Origin: Octopus bimaculoides
Taxonomy: Eukaryota
NCBI RefSeq assembly: GCF_001194135.2
Contig: NC_068982.1
Coordinates: forward strand, 185,635,125 to 185,699,124
Length of the DNA: 64,000 bases
Direction: 5' to 3'
Below, piece after piece: positions 63,770 through 64,000 of this stretch. The translations under genes and the position numbers were made by a program. Each line of letters opens with the position of its first letter. Position 1 is the first letter of the stretch. The notes below the pieces were generated by a model, which had not been told where the DNA came from, ran no database searches, and was given only the letters and a program-made list of their open reading frames with translations.

Positions 63770-64000
63770 CATCATCATCATCATCATCGTTTAACGTCCG
63801 CTTTCCATGCTAGCATGGGTTGGACGATTTGACTGAGGACTGGTGAAACCGGATGGCAACACCAGGCTCCAGTCTGATTTGGCAGAGTTTCTACAGCTGG
63901 ATGCCCTTCCTAACGCCAACCACTCAGAGAGTGTAGTGGGTGCTTTTACGTGTCACCCGCACGAAAACGGCCACGCTCGAAATGGTGTCTTTTATGTGCC
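63770..64000 (-). mobile_element. Young RTE 3' UTR copy running off the window end
   Basis: (CAT)n tail; reverse complement of about 61150-61343 with only a few mismatches. Confidence 0.92.

Overview
This is AT-rich, repeat-dense eukaryotic DNA from a gapped short-read assembly with many N-gaps next to microsatellites. The SINE/LINE repertoire and the (AT)n, (CA)n and (ATG)n density look like a cephalopod such as Octopus; that is an inference. Most ORFs in the supplied track are microsatellite, N-gap or antisense artefacts. I assembled one host gene by hand on the minus strand: 8 GT-AG exons from 63032 down to 35030, phases all compatible, 1083 nt or 361 codons, continuing upstream beyond the window. 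It encodes the C-terminal half of one adenylate-kinase (AK1/AK5-type) domain, a linker and a complete second domain. Both domains have lost key catalytic residues, so this is a candidate tandem pseudo-adenylate kinase. One more unassigned plus-strand coding exon is likely at 6736-6853. The rest is transposon-derived: RTE LINEs (one family with a PHD finger, whose 3' UTR is the most common repeat here), CR1, R4/Dong-type RLE elements, Penelope remnants with three minimal hammerhead-ribozyme-like motifs, a decayed Gypsy element, maT (DD37D) and mariner remnants, a piggyBac-type MITE, foldback elements and several tRNA-derived SINE families. I found no rRNA, true tRNA, CRISPR or prokaryotic features. 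Repeat boundaries are approximate unless a TSD or TIR is quoted.
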